Below, in pieces: positions 25,217 through 33,147 of a stretch of DNA of 46,000 nucleotides. The first letter of the stretch is position 1; every line of letters begins with the position of its first letter. This DNA comes from Thermoplasmatota archaeon (lineage in GTDB: Archaea; Thermoplasmatota; E2; JACPAO01; JAHFTW01), in NCBI GenBank assembly GCA_041623215.1, contig JBFJXH010000001.1:1-46000 (forward strand). Direction: 5' to 3'. The notes under the pieces were generated by a model. It saw only the letters and a list, made by a program, of their open reading frames with translations. It made no database searches and was not told where the DNA came from. The position numbers and the translations under genes are program-made.

Positions 25217-26965
25217 CTATTTGGTGCCAGCGGGAAGGGACTTGGCCACGTAGGCGCCCAAGTCCTCGTATCCTCGCATGCGATAGTATGCCTTCACGCC
25301 GACGCCGGCGATGACCAAAACGCGTCCCGCCTGCCATTCTTCAGCGGCGATACGTTCGGCTTCAGCCAGCAGACGTGACCCGTGGCCTTGGTGTTGCCAC
25401 TCGCCGAGGTCGGTGTCGCTGCCATGGGTCCCGACCGGAACGGCCACGCCGGGCACCTTCACTTCCCTGACAACCGCTGCCCCGGCTGGGTGGTTGAATT
25501 CTGGCCGGTGGGCGGCCTGCTTCGGTGCAACGCGGCGCAGGCGCAGGTACGCCACGACGGCGTCTGCGGCGGGGTCCTCCAGGCTGAGAAACACTTCCGT
25601 GCCGCCGCTTGCTTCGTAGTCTTGCCGGACGAGACGGACGCGCGTCGGGTCAATGGAGTGTCCGGCTCGCAGGCGTGTGCCCACTTCCCGACATCGCAGG
25701 CAGACGCAGTCGGGCAGACCTTGCTGGCGACGCCATTGTTGTGCCAATTGCCGCAGGTTGGATTTATCGACGCCCGCTTCCAAGTGGGTGGTTGGAATAT
25801 CGCGGTCAATGCGCTGGATGCGACACCAGGACGGCACTGCGCCCTTCGCTTCACCTACGAGTGCCGTGGCATGTTCCGTATCGAGAGCCTCGAAGCGCCC
25901 CTCCTTCCACCATTTCTTGAGCGTCGTTTCGCCCTCCATGACCACCAGGGTCGGATAGATTTTCAGCATGTCCGGGCGCCAATCCGGCTCCTCAAACAGG
26001 CGGCGCAGGTCATCCAAATCCGCCTGCGCATCGGTGCGCAGGTGGGGGGGTCGCGGCTGGCCGGGCATCATGTGCGCGCAGATTTTCAGGCCAGCGTCTT
26101 TGGCCACGCGCAAACTGTCCCGCGTGGCCTGAAGGTCATGGCCACGATTCGTCAAGGCAAGGGTGGCATCGTCAAGTGTTTGAATGCCCAATTCGACGCG
26201 TGTGGCGCCGTAACGGAGCATTTCGTCAATATGGCTCTCGAGGCACCAGTCGGGTTTGGTCTCAATGGTCAAGCCAATGCATCGGCAAGCGGCTGACTCA
26301 TTGGCTTCCTGCAGGGTACTCAGAGCTTGCTGGCGGTCATCAGCCGCTTGCTGTGCCCAGGACGCTTCGTCATCGAACTGGCAACAGTCCGCATCGGCTG
26401 TGCCGGTGCACGGCCCGGCATTCAGGCCGGCGTAAATGCTGGCCACGAACCAATCGCGGTACGCCGCGTCACGGGCCGGAAAGGTGCCGCCTTGGATGAC
26501 GATGTCCACTTTGTCCGTCGCGTGCCCGTTTCTCGCCAGTTGGCCCAATCGGTGGCGGACAATGCGGTAGGCCTGGTAATCAAAGCGCTTAGCGCGCATG
26601 GTGGATGGCTCGAAGCCAGTATAGGATTGAGGTGCGTCCACCTCCGGGCCGCCCGGACAGTAGATGCATTTCCCATGCGGGCAGTGTGCCGGACTACTCA
26701 TGACCGCCACTACCGCGACCCCCGATTGGGTTCGCATCGGCTTTTGTCGGAGCACCGGAGCGTAGCGTTCCGCTAGCTCAGGGTGCACGCGCTGGAGCGC
26801 TTCGAGGAGGTCCCCGTCGCGTGGCAGGCGTGCACCATGTTCTCTTGCCAGCCGTTGCTTCAGGCGATGAAGCGCGTCCTTGCCCGTAACGGTCCCTTGC
26901 TGCAAAGCGGCCGCCACGTCCGTCACGAACTGCGCAGAAATGGGGGGACCCGGCACGGCGGCCAC
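25217..26965 (-). CDS. elp3: Elp3-like radical-SAM/GNAT tRNA carboxymethyluridine synthase
   Basis: GTG start. Motifs CPHGKCIYCPGG and IVIQGGTFPA, and a C-terminal GNAT (HQGHGSRLLAEAERIA). Confidence 0.9.
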   Translation of the reverse strand: MAAVPGPPISAQFVTDVAAALQQGTVTGKDALHRLKQRLAREHGARLPRDGDLLEALQRVHPELAERYAPVLRQKPMRTQSGVAVVAVMSSPAHCPHGKCIYCPGGPEVDAPQSYTGFEPSTMRAKRFDYQAYRIVRHRLGQLARNGHATDKVDIVIQGGTFPARDAAYRDWFVASIYAGLNAGPCTGTADADCCQFDDEASWAQQAADDRQQALSTLQEANESAACRCIGLTIETKPDWCLESHIDEMLRYGATRVELGIQTLDDATLALTNRGHDLQATRDSLRVAKDAGLKICAHMMPGQPRPPHLRTDAQADLDDLRRLFEEPDWRPDMLKIYPTLVVMEGETTLKKWWKEGRFEALDTEHATALVGEAKGAVPSWCRIQRIDRDIPTTHLEAGVDKSNLRQLAQQWRRQQGLPDCVCLRCREVGTRLRAGHSIDPTRVRLVRQDYEASGGTEVFLSLEDPAADAVVAYLRLRRVAPKQAAHRPEFNHPAGAAVVREVKVPGVAVPVGTHGSDTDLGEWQHQGHGSRLLAEAERIAAEEWQAGRVLVIAGVGVKAYYRMRGYEDLGAYVAKSLPAGTK

Positions 26966-26985
26966 AGGTCGCCGACCCTCGCTGG

Positions 26986-26993
26986 TTTGAAAA
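26986..26993 (-). promoter_or_regulatory. AT box (TTTTCAAA on minus strand) 21-28 nt upstream of the elp3 GTG
   Basis: Lone AT octamer in the 46-nt spacer. Confidence 0.35.
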
Positions 26994-27011
26994 CCGCCCG
27001 CCCTGGGCAGC

Positions 27012-28511
27012 CTAGGTTCGCCACGAACGGGGCGTGGCCGCTAGGAGCACGGCCATGATTTCAAGCCGGCCTGCCCACATGAGGGTGCCAAGCACAATGT
27101 GGCTGCCGGCGTTGAGGTCGTGGAAGCGGTATGTGATGCCGTCGCTGTTCCACGTTGTGCCAGTGTTGCTCAGCGTGGCGGCTGCGGCTGCCGCAGCTTC
27201 CAGCAGGCTGAGCGAGCCGTCGGTGGCGACCAAAGCGATGGTGCCGACCATCCAGGTGGTAATCGCCGAGAACACCAGTGCGATGGCCAACCAAACCCGG
27301 CTATCCTTGAGGACGCGGGTCTGGACACGAAGTGGAATTACGGCACGCGGATGGTTGAGTTTGCGAATCTCCCGCTGGACCACGCGCCCGAGCACCAAGA
27401 TGCGTGCAAGTTTGATGCCGCCGGCGGCGCTGCCGGCGCTGCCGCCAATCAGCATCAACATGAGGGTCAAGATTCGCAAGGCGTCCGGCCATGCCCCCGT
27501 CCCAATTGGGTGGACGCCGCTCGTGGATACAATGCCGGCCATCACAAGCGCTGCTTGCCGGAGGGCCACCAGCGGACCTTGACCGATGAGCCACAGCGTC
27601 AAGGTCCCGACGGCCGTAGCGCCGAGCCAGATACCCACTAGGGCTCGCCATTCGGGGTCGCGCCACACGGAGCGCGCGTCGCGCTGCCAGAGTCGTGCAT
27701 GCAGGATGGCACTTGTGGCGGCGGCGAGGGAAGCGGCTATGACAATGAAATCAACCACGGGGTCGCCCAGTTGCAACAAGCCAATATGGCCCCGCAGTCC
27801 GGCGGTGGACACGAGCCCCAGCGCGCCGAAGATGGCCTCTCGGGCTGCGGCCACGGCACCAATGCTAGCGTGGCGCACGAGCGCCAGCCAAAGCAGAACT
27901 GTGGTTGCGGCAAGCAGCGTCAGGTAGGTGGGCGCAAACGCGCGCACGGTTTGTTGGAGCCGCGCGCTAATCCGGCGTGTCCCAGAGGCAGGTGACGGGG
28001 CGCTCATCAATTGGTCGCCGTGGGTAAGATGGGAAAGTAGCGCTACCGCGAGTGTAATCGTGGCAAAACCGGCAATGCCGTGGTGGATTGCACGCCACCA
28101 TACGACGGATAGCGGGGCCGCATGGGCCTCCATGACGCTCGCTCCCGTCATCGTGACGGTGGCGGCGCCTTCGAAAATGGCGGCGTGCCACGGCATGCTT
28201 AGGGCCGCGGCGTGACCCAGTGATGCCGTGAGCCAGGCGGTCGCCCAGCCAACCACGACAATCAGGATGGCGTCTTTTTCGTCGAGGGCCCGGGCGGGGC
28301 CGCGGCCTGCCAAGAACCCGGCCAGCAACGCCAAGTCGAGGCAAATGAAAGAGGAGATGAGGAAGCCAGGTGTGGTTCGCGGCATCGCGATGCCCAAGTA
28401 ACTTACTGCCCGCGGCTCCACGGTCCAGGCAACGATTGCCATGATTGCTTGGAGCACAGCAGCGGCGAGAAACACCGAGGCGACGGTCCGCAGGAGCGGC
28501 CGCCGATCCAT
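27012..28511 (-). CDS. trkH: TrkH/KtrB-family K+ transporter membrane subunit
   Basis: About 10 hydrophobic segments and selectivity-filter-like GxG loops (TMTGAS, STAGL, STSGV, SNTGT). Its start overlaps the trkA stop by 1 nt (TAATG). Confidence 0.85.
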   Translation of the reverse strand: MDRRPLLRTVASVFLAAAVLQAIMAIVAWTVEPRAVSYLGIAMPRTTPGFLISSFICLDLALLAGFLAGRGPARALDEKDAILIVVVGWATAWLTASLGHAAALSMPWHAAIFEGAATVTMTGASVMEAHAAPLSVVWWRAIHHGIAGFATITLAVALLSHLTHGDQLMSAPSPASGTRRISARLQQTVRAFAPTYLTLLAATTVLLWLALVRHASIGAVAAAREAIFGALGLVSTAGLRGHIGLLQLGDPVVDFIVIAASLAAATSAILHARLWQRDARSVWRDPEWRALVGIWLGATAVGTLTLWLIGQGPLVALRQAALVMAGIVSTSGVHPIGTGAWPDALRILTLMLMLIGGSAGSAAGGIKLARILVLGRVVQREIRKLNHPRAVIPLRVQTRVLKDSRVWLAIALVFSAITTWMVGTIALVATDGSLSLLEAAAAAAATLSNTGTTWNSDGITYRFHDLNAGSHIVLGTLMWAGRLEIMAVLLAATPRSWRT

Positions 28512-29848
28512 TAGAACAACCGCTCCACAGCGCCCGCAGCGTGGGTCATGGTGAAAATCACCGCGAGGTCCCCGGCCTCCAAGGTTTGACCGCCGCGTGG
28601 AATTAGGACTTCGCCGTCTCGGACGACAGCCGCGACAATAGCGTCGTGGGGTAGGTGAAGTTTCTCGAGCGTCTTGCCGGCCGCCTTGCTGTTTGCACCC
28701 ACCTTGAGCTCGAGCACTTGCGCGTCGCCCTTGTGCATGAGTTGCAAGTTCTCGGCGTCGGCGTGCACGCAGCGCATGATGGCCCCGACGGTGGAGAGGC
28801 GGGGCGACACGGCGAGGTCCACGCCCAATTCTTCCACCATGGGTTTGAGTTCGGGTTGTTGGATCATCGCCACTGTCACTGGCACGCCCAGCCTGCGAGC
28901 GATGAGGGCACCAAGGACATTGTATTCCTCGGCGTTATGGCAACCAATGAATGCGTCAAAGGTATCCACGTTTTCCTGGATGAGCAAATGCCGGTCCGTC
29001 ATGTCGCCGTGCACCACGAGGGCCCGCTGCAGTTGCTCGCTTGCCTTGGTGCACCGGGGCAGGTTGCGCTCCATCAGCAGCACATCGCGCCTGGTTTCCA
29101 GCATCCGGGCTAGGTGGATTCCGACGCGTGTTGCTCCACCAATCATGATGCGCCGCACTTCCCTGCCGGGGTCGAAGGAATGCGTCTTGCCGATGTATGG
29201 CTCTACTTCCTTCACGACGTCCATCGAGGTCACGGCCATCAATAATCGGTCGCGCGGCAGGAAGCGGGTTGTGCCGCGGGGAATGACAACGTCGTCTTCC
29301 CGGTAAATTGCCACCAAGTTGAAGCCGGCGGGGGGCTCGATGTCTTTGACTTGCTTGCCCACCACGAAGGCATTGTCTGCCACCCGGCCTTCAGCGATGA
29401 GGACGCGGCCCTGGCCGAAAACGTCGCTCGCCAAGAGGCTGGGCTGTGTCAAGAGTCGGCTGATGCGGATGGCCGCCACCAACTCAGGGCAAACCGCCAC
29501 GTCGATTCCCATGTCGGCGTAACGGTCGGAATAAGGTTCCTGGAGGTAGTCGGTGTCGTTGATGCGGGCGACGGTACGGCAATCGTGAGCCTTGGCCAGC
29601 GCGGCGGCGACCATGTTCACTTCGTCGTCGCCACTGACGCCGATGAACAAGTCGGCGGTCTCAATGCCGGCCTCTAAGAGGTTGTCGCGGCTGGCGCAGT
29701 TTCCCTGGATTGCCAGGACGTCGAGGTCGGCTAGGCGCTCCATCCGGTCTTCGTCCGGCTCGATGACGGCCACGTCGTGGCCTTCGTCACGAAGCGCCTT
29801 GGCGACGTGGAAGCCGACCTCGCCGGCGCCTCCGACCACGACATACAT
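28511..29848 (-). CDS. trkA: TrkA K+ uptake regulatory subunit (two RCK units)
   Basis: MYVVVGGAGEVGFHVAKAL, plus a second Rossmann motif IMIGGATRVGIHLARML. Confidence 0.9.
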   Translation of the reverse strand: MYVVVGGAGEVGFHVAKALRDEGHDVAVIEPDEDRMERLADLDVLAIQGNCASRDNLLEAGIETADLFIGVSGDDEVNMVAAALAKAHDCRTVARINDTDYLQEPYSDRYADMGIDVAVCPELVAAIRISRLLTQPSLLASDVFGQGRVLIAEGRVADNAFVVGKQVKDIEPPAGFNLVAIYREDDVVIPRGTTRFLPRDRLLMAVTSMDVVKEVEPYIGKTHSFDPGREVRRIMIGGATRVGIHLARMLETRRDVLLMERNLPRCTKASEQLQRALVVHGDMTDRHLLIQENVDTFDAFIGCHNAEEYNVLGALIARRLGVPVTVAMIQQPELKPMVEELGVDLAVSPRLSTVGAIMRCVHADAENLQLMHKGDAQVLELKVGANSKAAGKTLEKLHLPHDAIVAAVVRDGEVLIPRGGQTLEAGDLAVIFTMTHAAGAVERLF

Positions 29849-29872
29849 GCACTCGTTGCTCCGGGTGGCGCG

Positions 29873-29878
29873 ATTTGA
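29873..29878 (-). promoter_or_regulatory. AT box (TCAAAT on minus strand) 25-30 nt upstream of the trkA ATG
   Basis: Position and spacing match the recurrent pattern. Confidence 0.3.
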
Positions 29879-29940
29879 CGGTTCCGGTGTTGTGCAGCCG
29901 TCCGAGAGGCGCTAGTGTCGGAACTTTCGTGGCGCCTGCC

Positions 29941-31026
29941 TTAGGCAAAGGGTGGCTTGACCACTTGGGCCGGTTGCTGGCGGCCGCGAACGTCAACTGC
30001 GACGGCGTCGCCCACTGCCACGTCGGCGTCTAGGTAGGCCAGGGCAATGCCGGTTTGCAGCGTCGGGCTTCGGGTGCCACTCGTTATGGTGCCGACGGCT
30101 TGCCCTTCGCGCTTGACGACGTATCCCGCCCGGGGGACGCCTTTGGGCTGCACGAGGCCTCGAAGGCGCGGATACTTGCCGCTGGCTTTGATGGACCCTA
30201 AGGCTTCGCGGGCTGCAAAGGGTACGTCCCAGTCAATGAGCCAGCCGAGGCCTGCTTCCAGGGGGTGTCGGCCTCCAGCAAATTCGTTGCCTGCCAGTGC
30301 GTAGCCCTTCTCGAGGCGCAACGTGTCCCGCGCGCCAAGGCCGATGGCGCGTAGGCCGTGCGGCTGGCCTGCGTCGTGAAGACGGGTCCAAACGGCTTCG
30401 GCGTGTCGCGCCGGGACGTACACCTCAACGCCCTTTTCCCCGGTGTAGCCGGTTCCACTCACCCGGCAGGATACGCCCGCAATTTCCATGTCTGTAATGC
30501 GATGAAACTTCGGCGGGTCACTGGAAGTTGCGTCGCCAAGAGCCTCGCGGGCGCGCGGTCCCTGCAACGCGAAGATGGCCCATTCTGGAGTCACATCGTC
30601 GATGTGCGTGCTGCTTGCGCCACTACCCGTCGAGGCCGCCTGGCGCAGGGCTTGGGCTACCGCCGTGTTTTGGCCGGCGTTGGGAATCACCAGGAACGAA
30701 TCTTGGGCCAAGCGAAAAACGAAGCAATCGTCGAGGATGGTTGCATCCTCCCGCAAGACGACCGTGTATTTCCCGCGACCGAGCTCCAGGTCATCTGCCG
30801 CAAACGGGCATGCCATGGACAAGGCCGCCGCAGCCCCCGGCCCGGATACCTCCACGTTGCTCATATGCGATACGTCGAACAGGCCTACTGCCTGCCGAAC
30901 CGTATGGTGTTCGTCGTTGATACTGCCGTAATGCACAGGCATGTCGTAGCCAGCGAACTCGGTGAATGTGGCCCCATGGGCGGCATGCCACGCGTGCAAA
31001 GGAGTGTGGTGCACCTGGCGGGCCAC
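29941..31026 (-). CDS. gcvT: aminomethyltransferase (glycine cleavage T protein)
   Basis: TPLHAWHAAHGATFTEFAGYDMPVHYGSINDEHHTVRQAVGLFDVSHM. The listed 401-aa ORF overlaps the upstream HAD gene, so I trimmed it to in-frame GTG 31026 (alternative GTG 31014). Confidence 0.88.
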   Translation of the reverse strand: MARQVHHTPLHAWHAAHGATFTEFAGYDMPVHYGSINDEHHTVRQAVGLFDVSHMSNVEVSGPGAAAALSMACPFAADDLELGRGKYTVVLREDATILDDCFVFRLAQDSFLVIPNAGQNTAVAQALRQAASTGSGASSTHIDDVTPEWAIFALQGPRAREALGDATSSDPPKFHRITDMEIAGVSCRVSGTGYTGEKGVEVYVPARHAEAVWTRLHDAGQPHGLRAIGLGARDTLRLEKGYALAGNEFAGGRHPLEAGLGWLIDWDVPFAAREALGSIKASGKYPRLRGLVQPKGVPRAGYVVKREGQAVGTITSGTRSPTLQTGIALAYLDADVAVGDAVAVDVRGRQQPAQVVKPPFA

Positions 31027-31075
31027 GGGGATGCGCGGTTTGAGTCTGGCGGCCGCATCAATTTGGATCTGGCGG

Positions 31076-31741
31076 CTAGCGCAATTGGAGGAATGCCGCC
31101 AAAGCGGCGCCGTGGTCGGCGACGACGGGGTCCGCGCCCGCCGCACGAAGGATGGCCTCCGGGCGGGTGGTGGAGATGCCTAGGACGTGTGCATAGCCAG
31201 CGGCCCTAGCTGACGCGACGCCCCTTGTTGCGTTTTCTAACGCAGCCAGGTGATGCGGCGCGCATGCCAAGAGCTCGGCCGCACGGGTGTAAGGTTCGGG
31301 GTGCGGCTTGTCCTGGGTGTAGTCTTCCTGTGCGACGAGGATTTCGAATAGGTCTGATAGCGGGCCCAACAGGCGAACGAGGTTTTCACGTCGTGTCCCA
31401 GTAACAACGGCCAACCGAAATCCGCCCCGTGCCAGGCCTCGGATCAGCGCCGGCGCCCCTGCATACAGCGGTGGGGTGCCGAGGTTGCGAAAGGCGTCTT
31501 GCTTGTCGTTGGCCAATCGAAGGATTTCCTCCCTTGCCAGATGGATCCCTGCTCCGTCGGCCAATTGGGCGATGATGGTCTCGCTTCGGGCCCCTTCCAT
31601 TTCGTAAACGCTCTCGGCGGCGACGGAAACGCCCCTGGGGGCCAAGGCTTCCTGGTACGCTTGGACATGCTGGGCCATCGTGTCGCCGAGCACACCATCA
31701 AAGTCCAGCACGGCCGCTTTGATGTCTGGGGCGACAGGCAC
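31076..31741 (-). CDS. HAD-superfamily phosphatase (beta-phosphoglucomutase-like subfamily)
   Basis: Motif I VLDFDGVLGDT, motif II VVTGT, and a cap domain between them. Confidence 0.8.
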   Translation of the reverse strand: MPVAPDIKAAVLDFDGVLGDTMAQHVQAYQEALAPRGVSVAAESVYEMEGARSETIIAQLADGAGIHLAREEILRLANDKQDAFRNLGTPPLYAGAPALIRGLARGGFRLAVVTGTRRENLVRLLGPLSDLFEILVAQEDYTQDKPHPEPYTRAAELLACAPHHLAALENATRGVASARAAGYAHVLGISTTRPEAILRAAGADPVVADHGAALAAFLQLR

Positions 31742-31834
31742 GCGTCCTACCTATCCGCGCCACTGATGGGCCTTTCGTTCCGGCGTTTGCCCTGGCAGCG
31801 ACCGCCTTTAATCTGCGGCGCCTGGTGGGCGACC

Positions 31835-32023
31835 ATGGTGCCCCCGGACCCTGACCGTCGCCCCAAGGGACTCTTGGACGTCTTTGACGACGATGACGAA
31901 TCAGACGGGGGGAATGAGGGTGCGAAGGCCGCCGCGGCCAAGGGTTCTTCGAAGGGTGCTGCCAAGGACGCTGCACGCTCCAAGCAGGACGATGATTTGG
32001 ACTTGGATGGAGTCTGGTCGTAG
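31835..32023 (+). CDS. hypothetical small acidic, low-complexity protein
   Basis: 62-aa ATG ORF (MVPPDPDRRPKGLLDVFDDDDESDGG...DDDLDLDGVWS) in an otherwise unassigned 300-nt gap. The opposite-strand ORF looks like a Ser/Pro/Arg-rich shadow. Confidence 0.3.
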   Translation: MVPPDPDRRPKGLLDVFDDDDESDGGNEGAKAAAAKGSSKGAAKDAARSKQDDDLDLDGVWS

Positions 32024-32041
32024 CTTCCTAGCCGCGGCGGG

Positions 32042-32212
32042 CTAGGGTTCGTCAATGGGGTGGACGAGCGCTTGGACGGCGCCGCATTGGTTGCATTTGC
32101 ACGAACCGGGGTCATCGTCCATCACTGTGTGGTCGCGAATCTCTTCACAGGTCGTGCAATAAGCTTCCACGACACGCAGTGTGACCATGGAACATGATGC
32201 ACGGTCCGTCAT
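32042..32212 (-). CDS. small zinc-ribbon protein (CxxC...CxCxxC)
   Basis: MTDRASCSMVTLRVVEAYCTTCEEIRDHTVMDDDPGSCKCNQCGAVQALVHPIDEP. The upstream part of listed ORF 32042..32290 is hydrophobic junk and was trimmed. The alternative start is 32188. Confidence 0.45.
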   Translation of the reverse strand: MTDRASCSMVTLRVVEAYCTTCEEIRDHTVMDDDPGSCKCNQCGAVQALVHPIDEP

Positions 32213-32333
32213 ATGGGGCTTGAGGCAAACGGCCAAAGCCCAGAAGGCCAGCTTCGTGTGGAACGGCGCTGCCCGGATTGTCAGCAGCACACCGCCCGAC
32301 CACCCAGGCCGGCACGTTTCCAGGGCGATTTAG

Positions 32334-32407
32334 CGGTCCCGACGCGATTCGAACACGTGTCAGTAGCTCCGCAAGCTACCAGGATATCCAAGCTACCCCA
32401 CGGGACC
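32334..32407 (-). tRNA. tRNA-Arg (anticodon GCG), no encoded CCA
   Basis: Folded by hand. Acceptor GGTCCCG/CGGGACC (7 bp). D arm GGGT..TCCT with A14, G18 G19 and A21. Anticodon stem GTAGC/GCTAC with loop TTGCGGA. 4-nt variable loop. T stem ACGTG/CGCGT with loop TTCGAAT. Discriminator G. Confidence 0.85.
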
Positions 32408-32417
32408 ATAGGTAAGC

Positions 32418-32433
32418 GGCCGCCCGGGCGGCC
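32418..32433. repeat. perfect 16-nt palindrome GGCCGCCCGGGCGGCC
   Basis: Read directly. It lies between the cgi121 stop and the tRNA 5' end. Confidence 0.9.
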
Positions 32434-32531
32434 AGCGCCCTTCTGGGGGGCGCAAAGCCGCCGACCTAGGCCTCGTACTTAACCGCAGCGCGTCGTCGGT
32501 GTGCGTCGCGCCGGGGGCCGGCATGCGCAGA

Positions 32532-33116
32532 TTAGCGTGCCAATGTCACAGCGGCCACAGCTTCCAGCACCAAATCCATGTGCTGAGCCTCAGGAGTTGC
32601 GAGGCGGCGACCCTCGGGGATTCCGAATGCAGCCAGCTTGGCAGGCGATGCGGCTAGCAGCGCCTCATCTTCCTGGGCGCCGAGGTGGTGCAGAAAATAC
32701 GCTACGGCGTCCGGTCCCTTGGCACCCAGCGCCACCACGACTCCGTCCCCGCCATCTGCGGCTCCCAAATGGTCCAGTGCAGCCCGGATGGAACGCTTGC
32801 CCGAAGCAAAACGCAGCACTTCCAATTCCGGCTTGTCGGCTACGGCGGTTCCGCGCTGCTGCGCCCGGTGTGCATGGAGAACGGCTGCGGCCAAGTGGTC
32901 TGGCCCGACCACGCGGTCGGCGCGCATCACTTGTAGGGGAGCAATGCGGTTCGCTTTGGCCGCTGTGAAGAGGACGTCGTCCAAGACCAGCGGCCCCCGG
33001 ATACCAGTAGCGGCAAAGCGCGGTTCATCGTGCTGGAACACGGGTTTGCCATGCGTCGCGGGCTCTTGGGCTTGCCGTGCGGCGTCCCGCAAGCCGCCGG
33101 GGATGCAGAGGGTCAT
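32532..33116 (-). CDS. cgi121: KEOPS complex subunit Cgi121
   Basis: ELEVLRFASGKRSIRAALDHLGAADGGDGVVVAL resembles the archaeal Cgi121 core (E.L.RASG.RQI.EAI...G..DG...), and the C-terminal helix is DLVLEAVAAVTLAR. The N-terminus is longer than usual and the start is uncertain (ATG 33116 or GTG 33041). Confidence 0.65.
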   Translation of the reverse strand: MTLCIPGGLRDAARQAQEPATHGKPVFQHDEPRFAATGIRGPLVLDDVLFTAAKANRIAPLQVMRADRVVGPDHLAAAVLHAHRAQQRGTAVADKPELEVLRFASGKRSIRAALDHLGAADGGDGVVVALGAKGPDAVAYFLHHLGAQEDEALLAASPAKLAAFGIPEGRRLATPEAQHMDLVLEAVAAVTLAR

Positions 33117-33147
33117 GCCTTTCAGCGCGGCGGGAAGTCAAGCCCCC

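Noticed and set aside
31027-31146. N-terminal extension of the listed 401-aa gcvT ORF
   Set aside because: It overlaps the 3' end of the HAD gene, and GcvT homology begins at HHTPLHAWH just after in-frame GTG codons.
31747-32115. 122-aa minus-strand ORF
   Set aside because: It is a Ser/Pro/Lys-rich low-complexity frame overlapping the zinc-ribbon ORF and the small acidic ORF. It is less plausible than either.
32501-32968. 155-aa plus-strand ORF downstream of a CTTAAC box
   Set aside because: It is antisense to cgi121 with Arg/Pro-rich composition. The box is better explained as serving the minus strand.
32638-33114. N-terminal about 160 codons of the listed 765-aa ORF
   Set aside because: It is antisense to cgi121 and has Ala/Ser/Arg/Pro-rich shadow composition. 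The membrane protein proper begins at 33115 or 33148.
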